Below the pieces are notes generated by a model. That model was not told where the DNA came from and made no database searches. It saw only the letters and a program-made list of their open reading frames with translations. Positions 14,321-28,144 of a stretch of DNA of 64,000 bases are shown here, piece after piece. Source of the stretch: Camelus ferus (taxonomy: Eukaryota); assembly GCF_009834535.1 (NCBI RefSeq), contig NC_045696.1, positions 9,302,001 through 9,366,000 of the forward strand, given 5' to 3'. Numbering within the stretch: position 1 is the stretch's first letter; every line of letters starts with the position of its first letter. The position numbers and the translations under genes were made by a program.

Positions 14321-14918
14321 TGTAATATAAGTGCCTGACAGTTGGCGTTTTTTTTAATCGCAATTCATGGACCTAACTTAAGCTTTTGACTACTGAGGCA
14401 TCTACTTCAAAGACAGTTATCTCCAATAAAATAATCTACCAGCCACAGCACTAGATAAAGAGCCAGGCTTTCCCACCCCGAAGTTCTCTTTGTTTTTAGA
14501 GATCCCTGGTTGACTTAGATAACTGACTATTTAGGCTATTTTTTTCCCCTTCCTATGCTTTAATTCTCACTCTTAGGTTTTAAATTCACCAATAAAGAGG
14601 GAACATGCAAAGATCTCAATAAAAGCAGAACCCCAGGCCTCCTTGCTCCCTCTCCCCTGCAACCAACCACCTCACTAGGTGGCCCCAGTTGTGCCATAAA
14701 CCCTCCAATACTTGTGAGGAATAAGCCTTGTCTCTTTTCTCAGTTTCCAAATGATTATTGTTGAGGGCATCTTGTAATCACAATAAGGGCTGGTTCGGCT
14801 ACAGCGCTGGCTCCAGAAGGGAAGCTGTCTGCAGGGGGTTCGGGGTGTGCCCTGGTGAGTGCCTCCAGGCATTTCCAGCTGATAGCATCTCTCCCTAAGC
14901 TGAGACAGGTGTAAAACA
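14321..14918 (+). mobile_element. Solo LTR (598 bp, TG...CA, 5-bp TSD AACCA), family unassigned
   Basis: AACCA at 14316-14320 and 14919-14923; begins tgt and ends aca; internal AATAAA motifs. Orientation is inferred. Confidence 0.7.
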
Positions 14919-15049
14919 AACCAGAGAAAAAAAAGAGTAAAAGAATGCATAACCAACAAATGTCTAACAGAGTAAAAGAATAATAAGAAATAATTACTCC
15001 AAATAAAGTAAGAAACTTAGCAGCTAAAGAAACATTGCAGTTAAAGAAA

Positions 15050-15473
15050 CTGCAGCCTAAGACAATAAAATATTTGATGTTCCACAGTTTCTGTGGGTCA
15101 GGAATTTGGAAGCAGCTCAACCAGGTGGCTGTAACTCAGAGCCTCTCATGAGGTGGCCACTAAGAAGTCAGCCTGAGCTGAGGCGTATGAAGTCTTGACT
15201 TAGAGCGAAAAACCTACTTTCTAGATGACTCACTCCCAAGCTGCTGGCGGGAGGTTCTTTGCCACATATGAGTGGTTGGTTGAGTATCCCCGGAACAGGG
15301 CTGCTTCATCCCTTTTACTATCTAGTTCTCAAAATCGCTCGCTGTCCTTTATGCCTTATTTTATTTGGTAGAAAGTGAACTGTTAAGTCTAGGTCACTTT
15401 CCAGGAAATGTGACCAGTTCCACCTCTTGAAAGATGAAGTATCAAAGAAACCGTGGACACATTTTAATACCAT
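15050..15473 (-). mobile_element. MaLR LTR (MLT1F/G/H-like)
   Basis: cacagtttctgtgggtcaggaatttggaagcagct...ctctcatgagg...gatgactcactc...ccacctcttga. Confidence 0.7.
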
Positions 15474-17289
15474 GAAAAAAAAATGAGAGAAGAATCATAG
15501 AAGATGAGACAAACAGGAAACAAAATGTTAAAAAAAAAAAAAAGCAGACTTAAAACTACATATATCAGAAGCTCCTAAATATAAAGACTAAATATTTCAA
15601 TTAAATGACAAAGAATAACAGACTGGATAGAAAAATATGCTACTTATATGAGGCACACATTAGTTATAAGTGTACAGAAAGATTTAAAATAAAAGGATAG
15701 AAATAAATATACCACCATGCAAACACTAACCAAAAGGAAATGTGTGTAGCCAAATTAACATCAAACAAAATTGCTTTGAAGGCAAGAAGCACTGCTAGGT
15801 AAAGAGGAGCATTTCATAATGATAATGACATTTTGTAGTAAAGAGTTTATCCTACAAGAAAATATACTGCAGATATTAAATAGATAAAAGACATTAAGAA
15901 CAAGTCTATGCCAATAAATGTGAACATTTAAATGGATGGAAAATATTCTTAGAAAAATACAGCTTACTAAAACTGACACAGGAAGAAACAGAAGATCTAA
16001 ATAAATCTCATGCTTATTTAACTAATTGGATCCATGATTTAAAACCTTCCTATGAACAAAACTCCAAGCCCCTATCTTTCATTGGTAAAAAGTTTGTGCA
16101 GAAGGGTGTTGTAAATTGTTTGAGATTAATAGCACATATTGTACACAAACTTTCTCAGAGGAAAAAGGAAAAGACATTTCCCACCTCATTTTATGAACTT
16201 GGAATAACCTTGATAACAAAGCCTGACAAGAACCTTACAAAAAAAGGAAAAGGAAAAGCCAATTTCACTCATAAGCACAGAGATGAAAACGTTGAACAAA
16301 TACTATCAAATTGAATTCAGTAATTTAAAAAGGATAATACATCAGATCAAGTTGGGTTTGTTGCAAGAATTCAAATTGGCTTATAATTCAATAATCAATC
16401 AATCTATTAGATTAGTATAAAGTGTGGTCTATTTATGCAATAGTGTAGTATGCAGTAGTGAAAATTAAAAAGCAAATGCTTCAGCGGCAAGATCTTTCTC
16501 ACAAACATAAGATTGAGTTAAGAAGCTAAACAAACAAAAAAATACATAGTGTATGATTCCAGCTACATAAAGTTCAAAAATAGGCAAAATGAACCTAGGG
16601 TTAGGTCAAGAGTGACTAGCTCTAGGAAGGAAAAAGGGCATAGTGATTGTGAGAGGGCAGGAGAGGGGCGTCTTGTGCTGATAATGTTTGATCTCTGATG
16701 TGGGTAGTTACATAGCAGTGTTTCACTTTGTAATTATTTATCAAGCTAATTCACAACTTACAATTTGTGTATTTTTCTGTACCTATGTATAATTCAATAT
16801 AAAAAAAAGAACTAAATGGATTTGAATATCAGAACTAAAAGCTGACATTTCGAGCACCCAAGACCTAGTAAACCAAGTTCGACCAAATCAAAACTAGTTA
16901 ACACTTTATAATCAAAAACCATGCGTTTATACCTTACCTCACATGCTCTTCCCCTCCGTCATCAGAGGTAGTACAGTGTATGTAGGAAGACATTATTATT
17001 AACCCCAGTGCAGGTGGAGAAACTAAAATATCGAGAAGTTCAGTGATTCCTCCAAGATGATACTATCAGCTACTGTCACGATACCAAGTCATCTAATAAC
17101 AACAGAGCAATCCAGGATTGACTGTATTTTCCCCTTGGAGTCTAATTTGACAAAACTTACTTAATGAAATGTATAAATATGGCTATGTAGACTCCGTGTT
17201 CCCATTGCCTTTTAAAAGCCAGATCATCCTGTGTGGAATGGTGGATGGTGCAGAGATTTTGAAGAAAGATCAAATCTGGGGCAAGGGTA

Positions 17290-17490
17290 GGGCGAGGTGG
17301 GCAATCCATATCCTGTCACAAATTGACTGTGTAAACTTGGACATGGTATTTCATTGTTCTAAGCATCGCTTTCCTAATCTACAAAATGGAACTAAAAATA
17401 TGCCTCTCAAAGGGATTTAGGGGAAGAGTAAGTTAGATGACATGGAAAATTGCCTAGCACAGTACCGGAAAGCAACCGATGCTCATTTAG
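17290..17490 (+). mobile_element. MIR SINE fragment
   Basis: ctgtgtaaacttggaca...tttcctaatctacaaaatgg...gcctagcacagtacc. Confidence 0.65.
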
Positions 17491-19399
17491 GTTGGTTCTA
17501 CCCTTCCCTCCTAGCCACCAGATCATAAAGGAAGTGAGTCATTTGCCCCATGGAGATCAGCCCATAAGCCCTTCAAACAATCGTGGAATAAAGCATAGAG
17601 GGACACCTGAGTTTATCTAATCCAGCAGAGACCCTTGCAGATAAACTAACTTATTCAAAGTCATTAGTTAGTCAGGCACAAGCTAGTCTTAAAATCTAAA
17701 TCTAAAACCCACCTAGGCTCCCCAAATTCAGATAAATCTACCCCTCTCCACCACCACTACCAACCTTCCTTTTCCTCTGAAGGGAGAGGCTGTTTCAGAT
17801 TTTATCCCAGCTGAAGGCAAGAGTGAGACATGCCACCTTGGTATAGATCCTTCAGGATCAGCCTGTGCAAATAGAGGGCTAACCCCAGGCAGAAGCAATC
17901 ACTCCCTCCTCTTTTCTCCCATTGCTTCTTATATTTAATCTTACTGTAGTGCATAGTCACATTTCATTGTGATTTGCTAGTATACCCTTAGTCTGCTATT
18001 GGGAACTCAGAGAGGACAGGGTCTGTGTATTGTTCATTTTTATATGCCTGGTGCAAAAAAAACCAAAACAAAACAAAAACAAAAACAAAAACGTAGTGAG
18101 TCTCAAAAACATTAGGAAAGGAAGGAAGGGAGAAAGGAAGGGAGGGAGGGAGGGAATCAAATTAATTTGGGGACAAAGGAAACAAGGTTTGTCTTTAAAC
18201 ACTCCAGCCTCTTTCTCTGTGTTCTTGTCCGTCTGCTCCCACTGCCTCCCTCACACACTGAGGCTGCTGGGTTGGGCAGTATTCTTTTCATCTTTCTAAT
18301 GATGTCCTCTTATCCCAGCCTACTCTCAGGAAAAGCCCCCTGGCCAGTGATTTCCATGCTACTGTGATTAGGAATCACTATGGTTTTATTTTTTCCTGCT
18401 ATGGTGAGATATGCATTTCAAGTATCCTTTGGAATCACAGGAGGCTTGGTCAGAAAGCAGGTGAGGAAGATGTGAGGTTGGAGACAGGGAGCCTTCTCAG
18501 TAGCCATGAAGTTGCCCTTTGTATAAGTCATGAAGAAAATTAGACCCGAGGGGCTTACTTAACCTCAACGCCCTTGGACATCATTCCCTATTTGTCTTCT
18601 CAGACCTTACTCTTCACGCTCAGTTTCCTACCAAGCCACCTGCCCCTTGGACACTGGTCAGATGTCTCCATCTCTCCCCACAGGTGTCAGTATGTGTTGG
18701 GTTAGTAGCCACCTCAGCTGGATTCTGTGGCTAGACACACTTGTGTGGCACAGCCATCTCCAGCCTCGCAGTTGAGTAAGTCTGTATGGAATGATGCTGC
18801 ATTCGTTGCTGCTCACCTTTGCTCCACGTGGGCTGTTCTGTGGTTTGTGCGGCATTGTCCTCCCTGCCTCTGCACACAGCCTGCGGTTGAATAATAGGCT
18901 CCCTCCTGGCTAGTCCTGGGCTTCACAATGACCTCTCTCTTTGTGTGCATCCCTTCCCTTTGGCAAGTGGTGGATATTTTGAGACGGCATCTCTTGGCAT
19001 CCTACTGTTGGGAGTGAGGGTGGGGGTACCTGCTGGGGCACAAAATCATCTGAACCCTGCCATGGATTGGGGTAGCCCAAGGTCCTGAGGGCATTTGAGG
19101 TAGGAATTGAGGCTCCCTTCCCTGCATTGGGAAGGATTCATATAGAAGCCTTCCATGCAGGGATCTACAGTGAAGGGACAAACAGGGCTCACAGTTTCCC
19201 TTCAAGGCTCAAGTCTACCCAGTAGACACTACTTTCCATAGGTGACTTAATTAAAAGGAGCTCACACACATTTCAGTAAGGGGGATGTGCGCTCTCCGGA
19301 GAAGAGGCAACAGAACATCTCTGGTGCAAGGGCAACATCATATTCATCCCTACTCCTCCTCAAGTACAAGGACAACTGTGTGCCTCTAGCAATTGTTAG

Positions 19400-19660
19400 A
19401 ATAAATAGCAAACATGCACTGAGTACTAACTCTGTGTCTAACCCTTCGGAAGCACCCCCCGTGGATTATCTCATTTAATCTTTTAAAATGACCAGCTGAG
19501 AGGCATACTGTTATTTTCACATTACAGATAAAAGCAGCTGAGCCTTAAGCGAAGTAGTTCACTGACAATCACACAGCTAGTAGGTGGCAGAGCCAGGATT
19601 CCAACCCAAGTAATCTCTCTCCAGAGCCCATGCTGTTGGTCCAGACACTCTACTGCCTCC
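19400..19660 (-). mobile_element. MIR SINE
   Basis: attatctcatttaatc...cacacagctagtaggtggcagagccaggattccaaccca. Confidence 0.75.
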
Positions 19661-20926
19661 CCACAGTGTAAGGTCTTGTTTACTGAATGAATTAATGAAT
19701 GATTAAATGAAGGAGTGAATGAAATGGAATACGGACTGGGGGCTTACTCCAAGCCTTGCAGCAAGCTGGGGCTACTGCTAAGTTCTCATTTGCACCGCCA
19801 GGTAGACATTGCCCTCGGGCTCTGAGATAAAGAATATAGAAGTTGAGCACCTGTGGTGGGTTGAGTCCAGGCTGTGGGGAGTGGGTGTCTGTGGGGGCCA
19901 TCTGGGGAGCCTCTGCATAATGTTCTCCCCACCGACCTCCACTTCCTAAATCTCCAACCCATGCTGAGGTGGACAATAAGGAAAGCTGTTTGTCTCTAGC
20001 ATTGCATGTGCACCTGTCAACTGAGTGCATTAGATCTTCCTGATCAGACTGGGAGCTCTCAGAGAGTAAGGAGCTTGCGCCACATACTTGCAGGTCCTGA
20101 CTCAATGTAACTCTTCTCAAACTTGGGCCATTGCTTGGAGGAGCTCAAGAGAGTGCACCCATCCCATCTGCTTCCTGGTGATGGTGTACCTGTCTCTTGG
20201 CCAAGCAGGAAGAACTCTTCTGGCTTCCTGTGAGACGCCATGACATACTGTCAAAGTTGCATTATGTGTTTTCAGTTAGTTATGGGGCTTGTTCCAGAAA
20301 CAGCATCCTTCAAGGCTCAGTATAAATCCCACCTTCTCCACGGAGCACTCTTTGAGCATCCTGGTCCAGGACAATTTCTCCGTCCTCCAGACAATTACCA
20401 AAACCCATGGTCTGGACCATAATTTGGAACTTTTCACCCCACATCTTCATCCACTTTGTTTGTTCCATATCCTATTCCAACTGTAAGCTCCATGGTGGCA
20501 AAGACTATGTCTTCTACTTCTTTGAGTGGCAATAGAAGATTTTTGGATATGTATTAATTCCACAGATCTTTATTGCACATCAACAATATGTCAACCAAAA
20601 AGACAACTGAGACCAAATAGATCAAGATCCCTTCCAGGGTGGGTGCACTCTCCCCCTTGTTGCCTTGTTCTCCCCACAGCTCTCTCTGCCTGTCCCTTAG
20701 AAACTAATGAGAGGGGTCACACAGAATACAGAGATCAGGGTAAAAATTTCTAAGGTAAGTCCCCAAAGAATGTCAAGCCTAAGTCAAGCATAATGGGTGG
20801 AAAAAAGCACAAGTAAGAGCTAGATGACCGCTTCCCTAGAGATTCAAGAAGGGCTGCCCAAGCCTGGGCATGAAAACTGAAAAGGAGAAAGTTGTGGGTG
20901 TCTAGGGAGCACCCCTGTGCTCTATT

Positions 20927-21132
20927 CCAGTGGTGAGACTGGAACCCACTCATTTCAGCAGCCAATTGTTACATTTTCAGGAATTTGTGAACCGATTGAG
21001 GTTAGTAGCTTGAAGTTGATCAAGGTGGGAGTTTAGACACCCCCTGAAAACAGAAAACACTACAAATTTGGTCCCCCCTGCACCCCTCCTCCCACATCAG
21101 AGCCATTTGTTAGACATTTACCAAGACAGCTG
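20927..21132 (+). mobile_element. MER63A-like hAT-Blackjack MITE
   Basis: cagtggtg...gccaattgttacattttcaggaattt...ggtgggagt...ctacaaat...cagagcc...acatttacca. Confidence 0.7.
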
Positions 21133-21719
21133 AGCCGAGAACCTCAGAGTCACTCCCCAACCCCCACCCTCAAAAGCAGAAAAGAAAAGGCAGCAGGGCT
21201 AGAAGGGAGGGCCTGAGATAGCACTCAGCAGGCTCAGAGAGCATCAGAGCAGTGTGCACAAGTCCTCAAAGTCAGGATGAGAAGGAAACAGAGCCATGGT
21301 CCCATGACTAGAGACTTTGCTGGGACCACAAACATCTCATAAAATGGCTAATTATTTTAATCGTTATTAGAAATAACCAACAATAAAAGTGGGCCATAAT
21401 GATAGTATGGCATGAACCAAGGGTTATGATTAATCCAATCTTGCATACTTGAGATCCAAAAGAAGAAAAGGAAGGAGGCGGATAAGGACATACCATGTGC
21501 TGGGTGCCTGGAGGCAGCCATGTTGGGACCGCAGACCTCACCGTGGAAGCCAAGGAGGAAAGAGAAAGTTAGAGACAAGATGCAGTGATTTTAGGCAGAT
21601 GCTGCCCTGGAAGGAAAGGGAAAGCAGAAACACCTAAATGCAACAAGCATGATCCCAAAGCAATCAAGAAAAACATCAAAATGAATGAAGTAACCCTGAA
21701 GTAACTAAGATTTTTTTGC

Positions 21720-22098
21720 CTTCACCTGTCTGCGTGGGCTGCCAATGCGAAATACCACAGACCGGGAGGCTTAAACAGCAGACATGTACTTCTCATAGTC
21801 CTGGAGGCTGGAAGTCCCAGATCGAGGTCTGTCAGGGTTCAGTTTCTGGGGAGGGCTGTCTTCCTGATTCATGGGTGGCCACCTTGTCCACCCATAACCT
21901 CTTCTTTGTGCACATGTCAGGAAAGAGTGGTCTCTCCTTCTCTTCTTATAAGGTCACCAATCTTATTGGATCAGGGCCCCAACCTTATGACTTCACTTAA
22001 CCTTAATTACCTCCTAAAGTTCTATCTGTAAATGCAGTCACACGGAAGGGTAACACTTCAACATAGAAACTTGGGGGAACACAGTTCAGTCCATGGCA
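21720..22098 (-). mobile_element. MLT1A-type MaLR LTR
   Basis: aataccacagaccgggaggcttaaacagcaga...ctggaggctggaagtcc...cttaaccttaattacctcctaaag...ttcagtccatggca. Confidence 0.85.
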
Positions 22099-22159
22099 CC
22101 TTTACTGTCACTAGGTAGAAAGGGGACTCCCAACAAAGACCGACTTAATGCTTTGTTGG

Positions 22160-22625
22160 TGGAGTTGTGGCCAATAGGCACTCTCTCCACGGCTGGTGTG
22201 AGTCTGAATGGCCACAACCCTGTGGGGGATAGTTTAGAAATATCTATAAAACTCATGAAAGCATTTCCCCTCTATTCCAGTGATTCCACTTCTAGGAATT
22301 TCTCTTATTGACCAACCTTCACTGGTGCAAATTGACATATGTACACAGTCATTCACTGCTGTTTTGTTTATAATGAAGAAAAAATTGGAAACAGCCAAGT
22401 GTCCATCAACAAAAGACAGTTTAAATCAATAATAGAATATTCTATAGCTCCAAAATAATGAAGTGCTCTCCATAATGAAATGGAAAAGAAATGAAGAAAG
22501 CAAGGTGCAAACAATATGCTATATTTTATATAAAAAGGGAGGAATAAGACTATTCACATTTTTAAAGGATTCACAAGAAAGTAATAAAATTCACAAGAAA
22601 ATAATAAAATAGAAAAAGAGACATC
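22160..22625 (+). mobile_element. Ancient L1ME fragment
   Basis: gtgattccacttctaggaattt...ttggaaacagccaagtgtccatcaac. Confidence 0.65.
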
Positions 22626-24721
22626 TTAAGTTACAGCTTTTTAATGTTTTTTGCTTATATGCACTTATGACTGTGTGATCTATTGAAAAATAAGAAAAAA
22701 TTAAGTTGCATTTCTGCACACTTGAGTCTGAGGCTTGTCAAAATTGCTACCTGCTCTACCTGTATCCTCCACATTGAGATGCTCATTGAGATGAACTCTT
22801 GAGCCATGAATATGACATTTGCCAATCCAATAAGAATGTGGTGAGAAGCTAGGCTATGCCTGAGAAGCATGGGTTGATCTGCTGATGAACACATGACTTT
22901 AGGCAGGTCACCAGCCCTCTTGTGGCTTCAATTCTTAAACTGTAAAGAAAGAAATTAGTTTGGTTTAGCAAACATTTACTGGGATGTGATTCCCATCCTG
23001 GAGACTCATAAGATGCAGACGGTGCCCTGGGGAGCCCTGCAGACTGCTTGAACGAGGCAGCAAGACAAGGGCAAGAGCAAACAGCTCATGGCAGGGACCA
23101 AGCCAGAGATGACTCCAGGGAGCTCTTGGGCCCAGAGAAGGGCTGTCCTTCTCTGGTGTGATCCTGGAGGACATCCTGCAGGAGAGGGGTGACGGGAGAA
23201 GATGTCCCAGACAAAGAGAAAAGCGAGAGCAGCACGGATTCCTAAGCGTGGGTCAGGAAGGAGTGACAGCTGTCAGGGTGCCTGTGCCCATCCCGAGGCC
23301 CCACCCACTCCGAGTCTCCAGGAGGCTGCATCCGTGACCCTCTGCAGGAGCGGATGCAAGGAATCCCTACCCTCAGTGCAGGGCACAGGCCAGGTCAGGG
23401 GCAGTGAAAGCAAAATGGGGCTCCGCTGAGAACCGCGGCAAGGAAATGTCCTCTTGTACCTCGTGGGAGCCTAGACCAGGTAGGCAGGGACCTCCCCATC
23501 CAGGCCCCACTTTGCCAGGCCCAGCTCTGCCAGATTCCGCAGGAGCTGCCTGTGAGGCTGCAGATAGTCCTTGGCACCAGCAGCCTCCCACCCCAGACTC
23601 CTCTCCTTGGTGCCCCTGGGAGATGAGCCCACCCTAGATCTCTTCCTGTCTCCCTGCCCCCAGGGGCAGCACTGCTTCTAGCTGTGGGCATGCCCAGCTG
23701 ACCAGCAGCCTCACGGGGCCAGACCCTGGGCCTGCGTTACGTGGGTGTGTTGTTACCACAACCATCCTACAAGCTTGTCGCCCCATCTTCACTGTACGGA
23801 TGAGGCACTGAAGCTCAAGGGGGTTAACTGGCTCTTGATCTCAGGGATACTTAGTGGCAGAGCCGGGACTCGACTCCAGGTCCCTCATTCCCAAGCCAGG
23901 GAACTAAGCCTAGAAGGGATGGTCTGTCTGTTGTTTCCTTGACCAGCAAGTTGGCCACTGGAGATTTGCCCCAACCGCCTGGGGCCAGCTCCTCCCACAC
24001 CCCACTCATCCCCGGAGTCCAAGGCCAGCCCCGCCCCCTCCCCAAGCCCGGCTGGATCAGGTGAGCAAAAGCAACAGCCCTCACCAGATTGCCCCACTTG
24101 GCTCCAGCAATTAATTAAGAGCCGTCTGAGAGCCTCCAAAGAGCCTGCAAGCTACAGCAAGATAGGGCACACGCAGTTGAATCCAAAATATTTGTTGTGT
24201 TTTTCCCCTTGCTGGAGAACCAGTCCTTACCTGTTACCTGAACTTGATTAAATTTCTAAGCTGCTCCTTCTCAGTGCCAACTGTGAACCAGCCGGTTGGT
24301 CATATGGAAAGGGAAGGGGTGCTGGTAACTTGATAGTGATAACTGATAGATCGATAGGTTGTCGTTTATGGGCTGTTCCTCGAGGCACTCAGGACCCACA
24401 CCAGGCACTGCTCATCCTGGTCAGCAATGCTGTCTGCACACTGAGACCCAGAGCTCAGGCCGGGTACCCAGGAACCCCAAAGGTCCAGCCCAGAGAGGTC
24501 AAGGGGCAGGGCTGCTTTGTGGCCATGATGATGGCCTCTTGATCCCACAGGCTGGTGGCCCACTGACTCCTCACTGTCTTCGGAAGAGTCTCAGGGATCA
24601 GACAGCCCCATGGCCCACCCAACCCCCACCTCAGAGTCTCTGTTCTGCCAACATTAAAGCTCTCCCTCCAAAATGTATCTGAATCTACCCATTTTCTCCG
24701 CCTCACTACCAACACCTACAC

Positions 24722-25098
24722 CAGGGCTCAGCAAACTTTTACTATAGAAAACTAGACAATAAAGATTTGGATACTGTGGACAAAGAGGCAAAATTGAGGT
24801 TATTATGCAGGGACTCATATAACAAGAGAGAAAACAGAGTTCCACATGGTTTTATTGATGAAATTTTAAATATACCTGTATTAATAATTGAACAGAATTC
24901 TAAAAATACAGGGCAACCAATGAGAAGAATGGAATTCTTTTTTTGAAGGGTAGAACATGTCCCTTCATTGGGGTTCCAAGCTCTCGTGTCCTGTACCATC
25001 AAGTCAAGTGAGAACAATTGCCAGGCTTACTCACGGGGTGCACAGTAAAACAGAGGCGGACCAGATTTGGCCCTCGGGCTGCAGTTAGCAGACCTCTG
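24722..25098 (+). mobile_element. MER58D-like hAT-Charlie MITE
   Basis: Terminal inverted repeats cagggctcagcaaact / agttagcagacctctg; internal gaggcaaaattgagg...aacaagagagaaaac...aatgagaagaatggaattc. Confidence 0.75.
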
Positions 25099-25609
25099 CT
25101 CTCCACCAAGGTATCCTGCCAAGGTGCTGAAACAGCCTCTCCTGCCTCCATTCTCGTGCCCCGACAGTCTGTCCCTCCTCCCACCCCTACCCTGGCACCG
25201 GCAGACCTTGGTAAGACTTTGATTGCTACTCCTCCGCTTCAGACCTTCTGTCACCCTCCATGGTCATTTTGGCCTGGAATGCTGAGTCTGATTCAGACAT
25301 CAAGCCTCCTGGGAGAAAGAAATCTCCCCCACGACAACGCCCACCTTGAAGAAGCTCAGAGGGTGGCCCTGGAGAGCCAGCGAGAGGGGGCACTGCAGGG
25401 TCCTGACCCTCTGCGGGCAGCATAGCTCCCCTGGTACCCAAGGAGCCACGTGGAGAAATGGCAGAGAGAACCAACCTGGTGACCCAGATACCTGCCAGAC
25501 GGATGGGGGCTATTACTGAAACTCCTGATAATCAGAATTAATGTGGAACTTAAAAAAAACAGATTCCTGAGCTACCCCCCAAGAATTTACAAAATCAGGA
25601 GGTAGGATT

Positions 25610-26020
25610 GTGTGTACACACACATACATATACATATGCATATATATATACATATTCATATAATATACACACATATATGTGTATATACACATTCATATAT
25701 ATACAATCCATATTCGTATATAGTATAGATGTACATTTTGTATATTATATATACATATGAATGTGTATTGTGCACACATACATGTATCTTTACATCTATG
25801 CATATGTATATACACATATATACCATGTACTATGTATGTATTTATATGTATTGTATAGATTTATATATATTCCTGTATATCATGACAATGTATGTATATA
25901 CGTGTGTGCACATATACACACTTACACATACATACACACTTAAACCTAGATACACACATACATACTTACACGTACATATACATACATGAACATATGTATG
26001 TATCTGTGTGTGTCTGTGTC
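25610..26020. repeat. Compound (TA)/(CA)/(TATG) low-complexity microsatellite
   Basis: About 400 bp of degenerate alternating TA/CA/TG. Confidence 0.9.
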
Positions 26021-26052
26021 CCGTTGGTGAGTTTGATGATTAAACACATTTT

Positions 26053-26203
26053 TTGTTGTTGCTTTTTATTTGGGGGAGGGGGTGTGATTAGGTTTATTTA
26101 TTTAATTTTTTTTTTTTAATGGAGGAACTGGGGATTGAACTCAGGACCTCACGCATGCTAAGCATGCGCTCTACCACTGAGCTAAACCCTCCCCCCCCCC
26201 GAT
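26053..26203 (-). mobile_element. tRNA-Ala-derived SINE (camelid vic-1 type) with 21-bp TSD
   Basis: Minus strand: tagctcagtggtagagcg (A box)...cttagcatgc...gagttcaatccc (B box), then an A-rich tail with aaataaacctaat. TSD tttgatgattaaacacatttt at 26032-26052 and 26204-26224. Confidence 0.88.
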
Positions 26204-28144
26204 TTTGATGATTAAACACATTTTAAAGACACACTATGTGTCTATGTGATAAAGAAAGGGGGACCTACAAATTCATACAATTGAATGATAAACATATTTG
26301 TAAACAATTGCTAAGCCTAGAAGTTGAAGCCACATGAAGGAACCTAATATCTCTTGAGTTGAAGAAAGCTACCCGGGAACAGCTAGGCGTGGATGATAAG
26401 AAAGACCCTAAACAAGTTACACCGTGCTCCACAGTTTGCCATATTGTTTCATCACATTTACACTCACAACAGACTGGGGGTTATTATTCATTTTATGGAA
26501 GCGATCCACAGAGTCTGCTGCTTTTCTGACATCACTGAGCTAATAAAGTGTCAATCTGAGATTTGACCCTAAGCTTCCACTTTGGACTCAGTCAAAAGTT
26601 TGGCCGGTGAGTACAGGTTTTTTTCCATAAGGGAGCAAATTATTTTGAACATTTTTTTTTCAAGAAGACTTAGTTGGACAAACCTAAATTACTGCAGATT
26701 CCAAATTTACAGAATCCAAATTAATGATATGACTGCTTTATCTTTGACTGGTGCATGAGAAATTACAGTGCTTTTAAAGCTCCTGGTCCCTAGAGATCTT
26801 TACGGAGAGAAGTTTCCAACTTTCCACTTGCTCAGGGTTATGAGGTTCCTGTTTATTTAAATAAGCAAAGTCGAATTTTACAGCTAGCTTTCTTTTGACA
26901 ATTACTTTAGAAGGAAGAACCGCCCCTGGACTCAATTTTTCCTTTTATCCCCTGTGGGCAAAGAGGATGGTTTGGGAGAACAACCCTGACAGATATTCCA
27001 TTCCCACATTTATTTGTTCATTCATTCCACAGATGTCTGAGTGCTTGAAGACTTGTTCTCCTGTGGAGGACTTTGATCCCCTGTCTCCCACCACATTATG
27101 AAGCAGAGAAGTGAGGAGACAAGTGGGGCCCCTGTCGCCAAGGAAGCTGGGGCAGCAATGAAGGCCAAATGAGGCTGACCCACTTGGTAGCTGTCAACCC
27201 AGCTTGAACCTCTACGGACATCTGGGATCCCTGCCTGTGCATAGGTTCCATCAACTCCAAACCCTACGCAAAGGATAGAGAACTGAAGACCATCATGGTT
27301 TGATGCTGATAGAAGTGAGGCAGTTGTTGGAATTGCTTTCCAAGGCATCTTGGTTTTATTGCAAACATTATTACTGGCTTAATTATTACTTGGTACACCA
27401 CATAAGACCCACATCTGTACCCCTTTTCCAGGGAGACTTGAATCAGCCCACACCCTTCACTTTGCTGTGCAGCCGGTCTGCAGGAGGCAGGCCCACTCGA
27501 TGTCCCCAGAGGGTCCTGGGATCTGCTCTTCTGTCCCATGGAATAATTTGATCTTAATCTTGGCTGCACCAGAACCACACCAGCTTAACCTGGGGAGTTG
27601 CACAGAGTACCCATACCTATTGGCACTCCCACAGATTCCAACAGACATGTGGCCTGACCGTCAGGATGTCTAGAAGTTTCCAGGTGGTGCTAACATGCTA
27701 CTAGAGTCAAAGCTTTCTCTGAGCCAAAGATGTGTAATCCCAGAGGCTCCAGTTCTACGTATGGAAAAATTAAGTCTTTATTGACATGGGAAGGCAGCAA
27801 GTACAGCTAAATGACTGAGGTCCCTGCCCGTCCAGCTCTCCGGATGACCACCGACTTCCACACTCTCCGGAGCTCGGGCCACTTCAAGTTTCCTGGGTCA
27901 TGCGGGTTTTGGGGTGATACATACACACAAACACAATCCCACCTAATTGTAAAATAATGAGAACCCTTCAGTGGAATTCAGTAAATAGCTATTTAAAAAA
28001 ACCATAACGGTCAGCTTGTTGGACAGAATTATCAGGGTCAATATTTTCAAACACACCTGTAAGAGAGGTTGCCTGAAAATGAGGTCTTTATTACACATGT
28101 ATGAAAGAGTTTTAAGTCTTTTAAATAGATTTTCAAGGGATTTA

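Larger units (their letters stand above)
13100..16810 (+). mobile_element. Ancient fragmented L1M (ORF1, ORF2 endonuclease/RT pieces, 3' end) interrupted by two LTRs
   Basis: ORF1-like KKSTPRRYITVKLLKTENK (13633-13848) and ORF2-like FPTSFYELGITLITKPDK (16096-16314); A-rich strand bias. Confidence 0.8.

Noticed and set aside
26118..26200. tRNA-Ala gene (also 54083-54150)
   Set aside because: A-rich tails, a TSD at the 26 kb copy and imperfect stems indicate SINEs.
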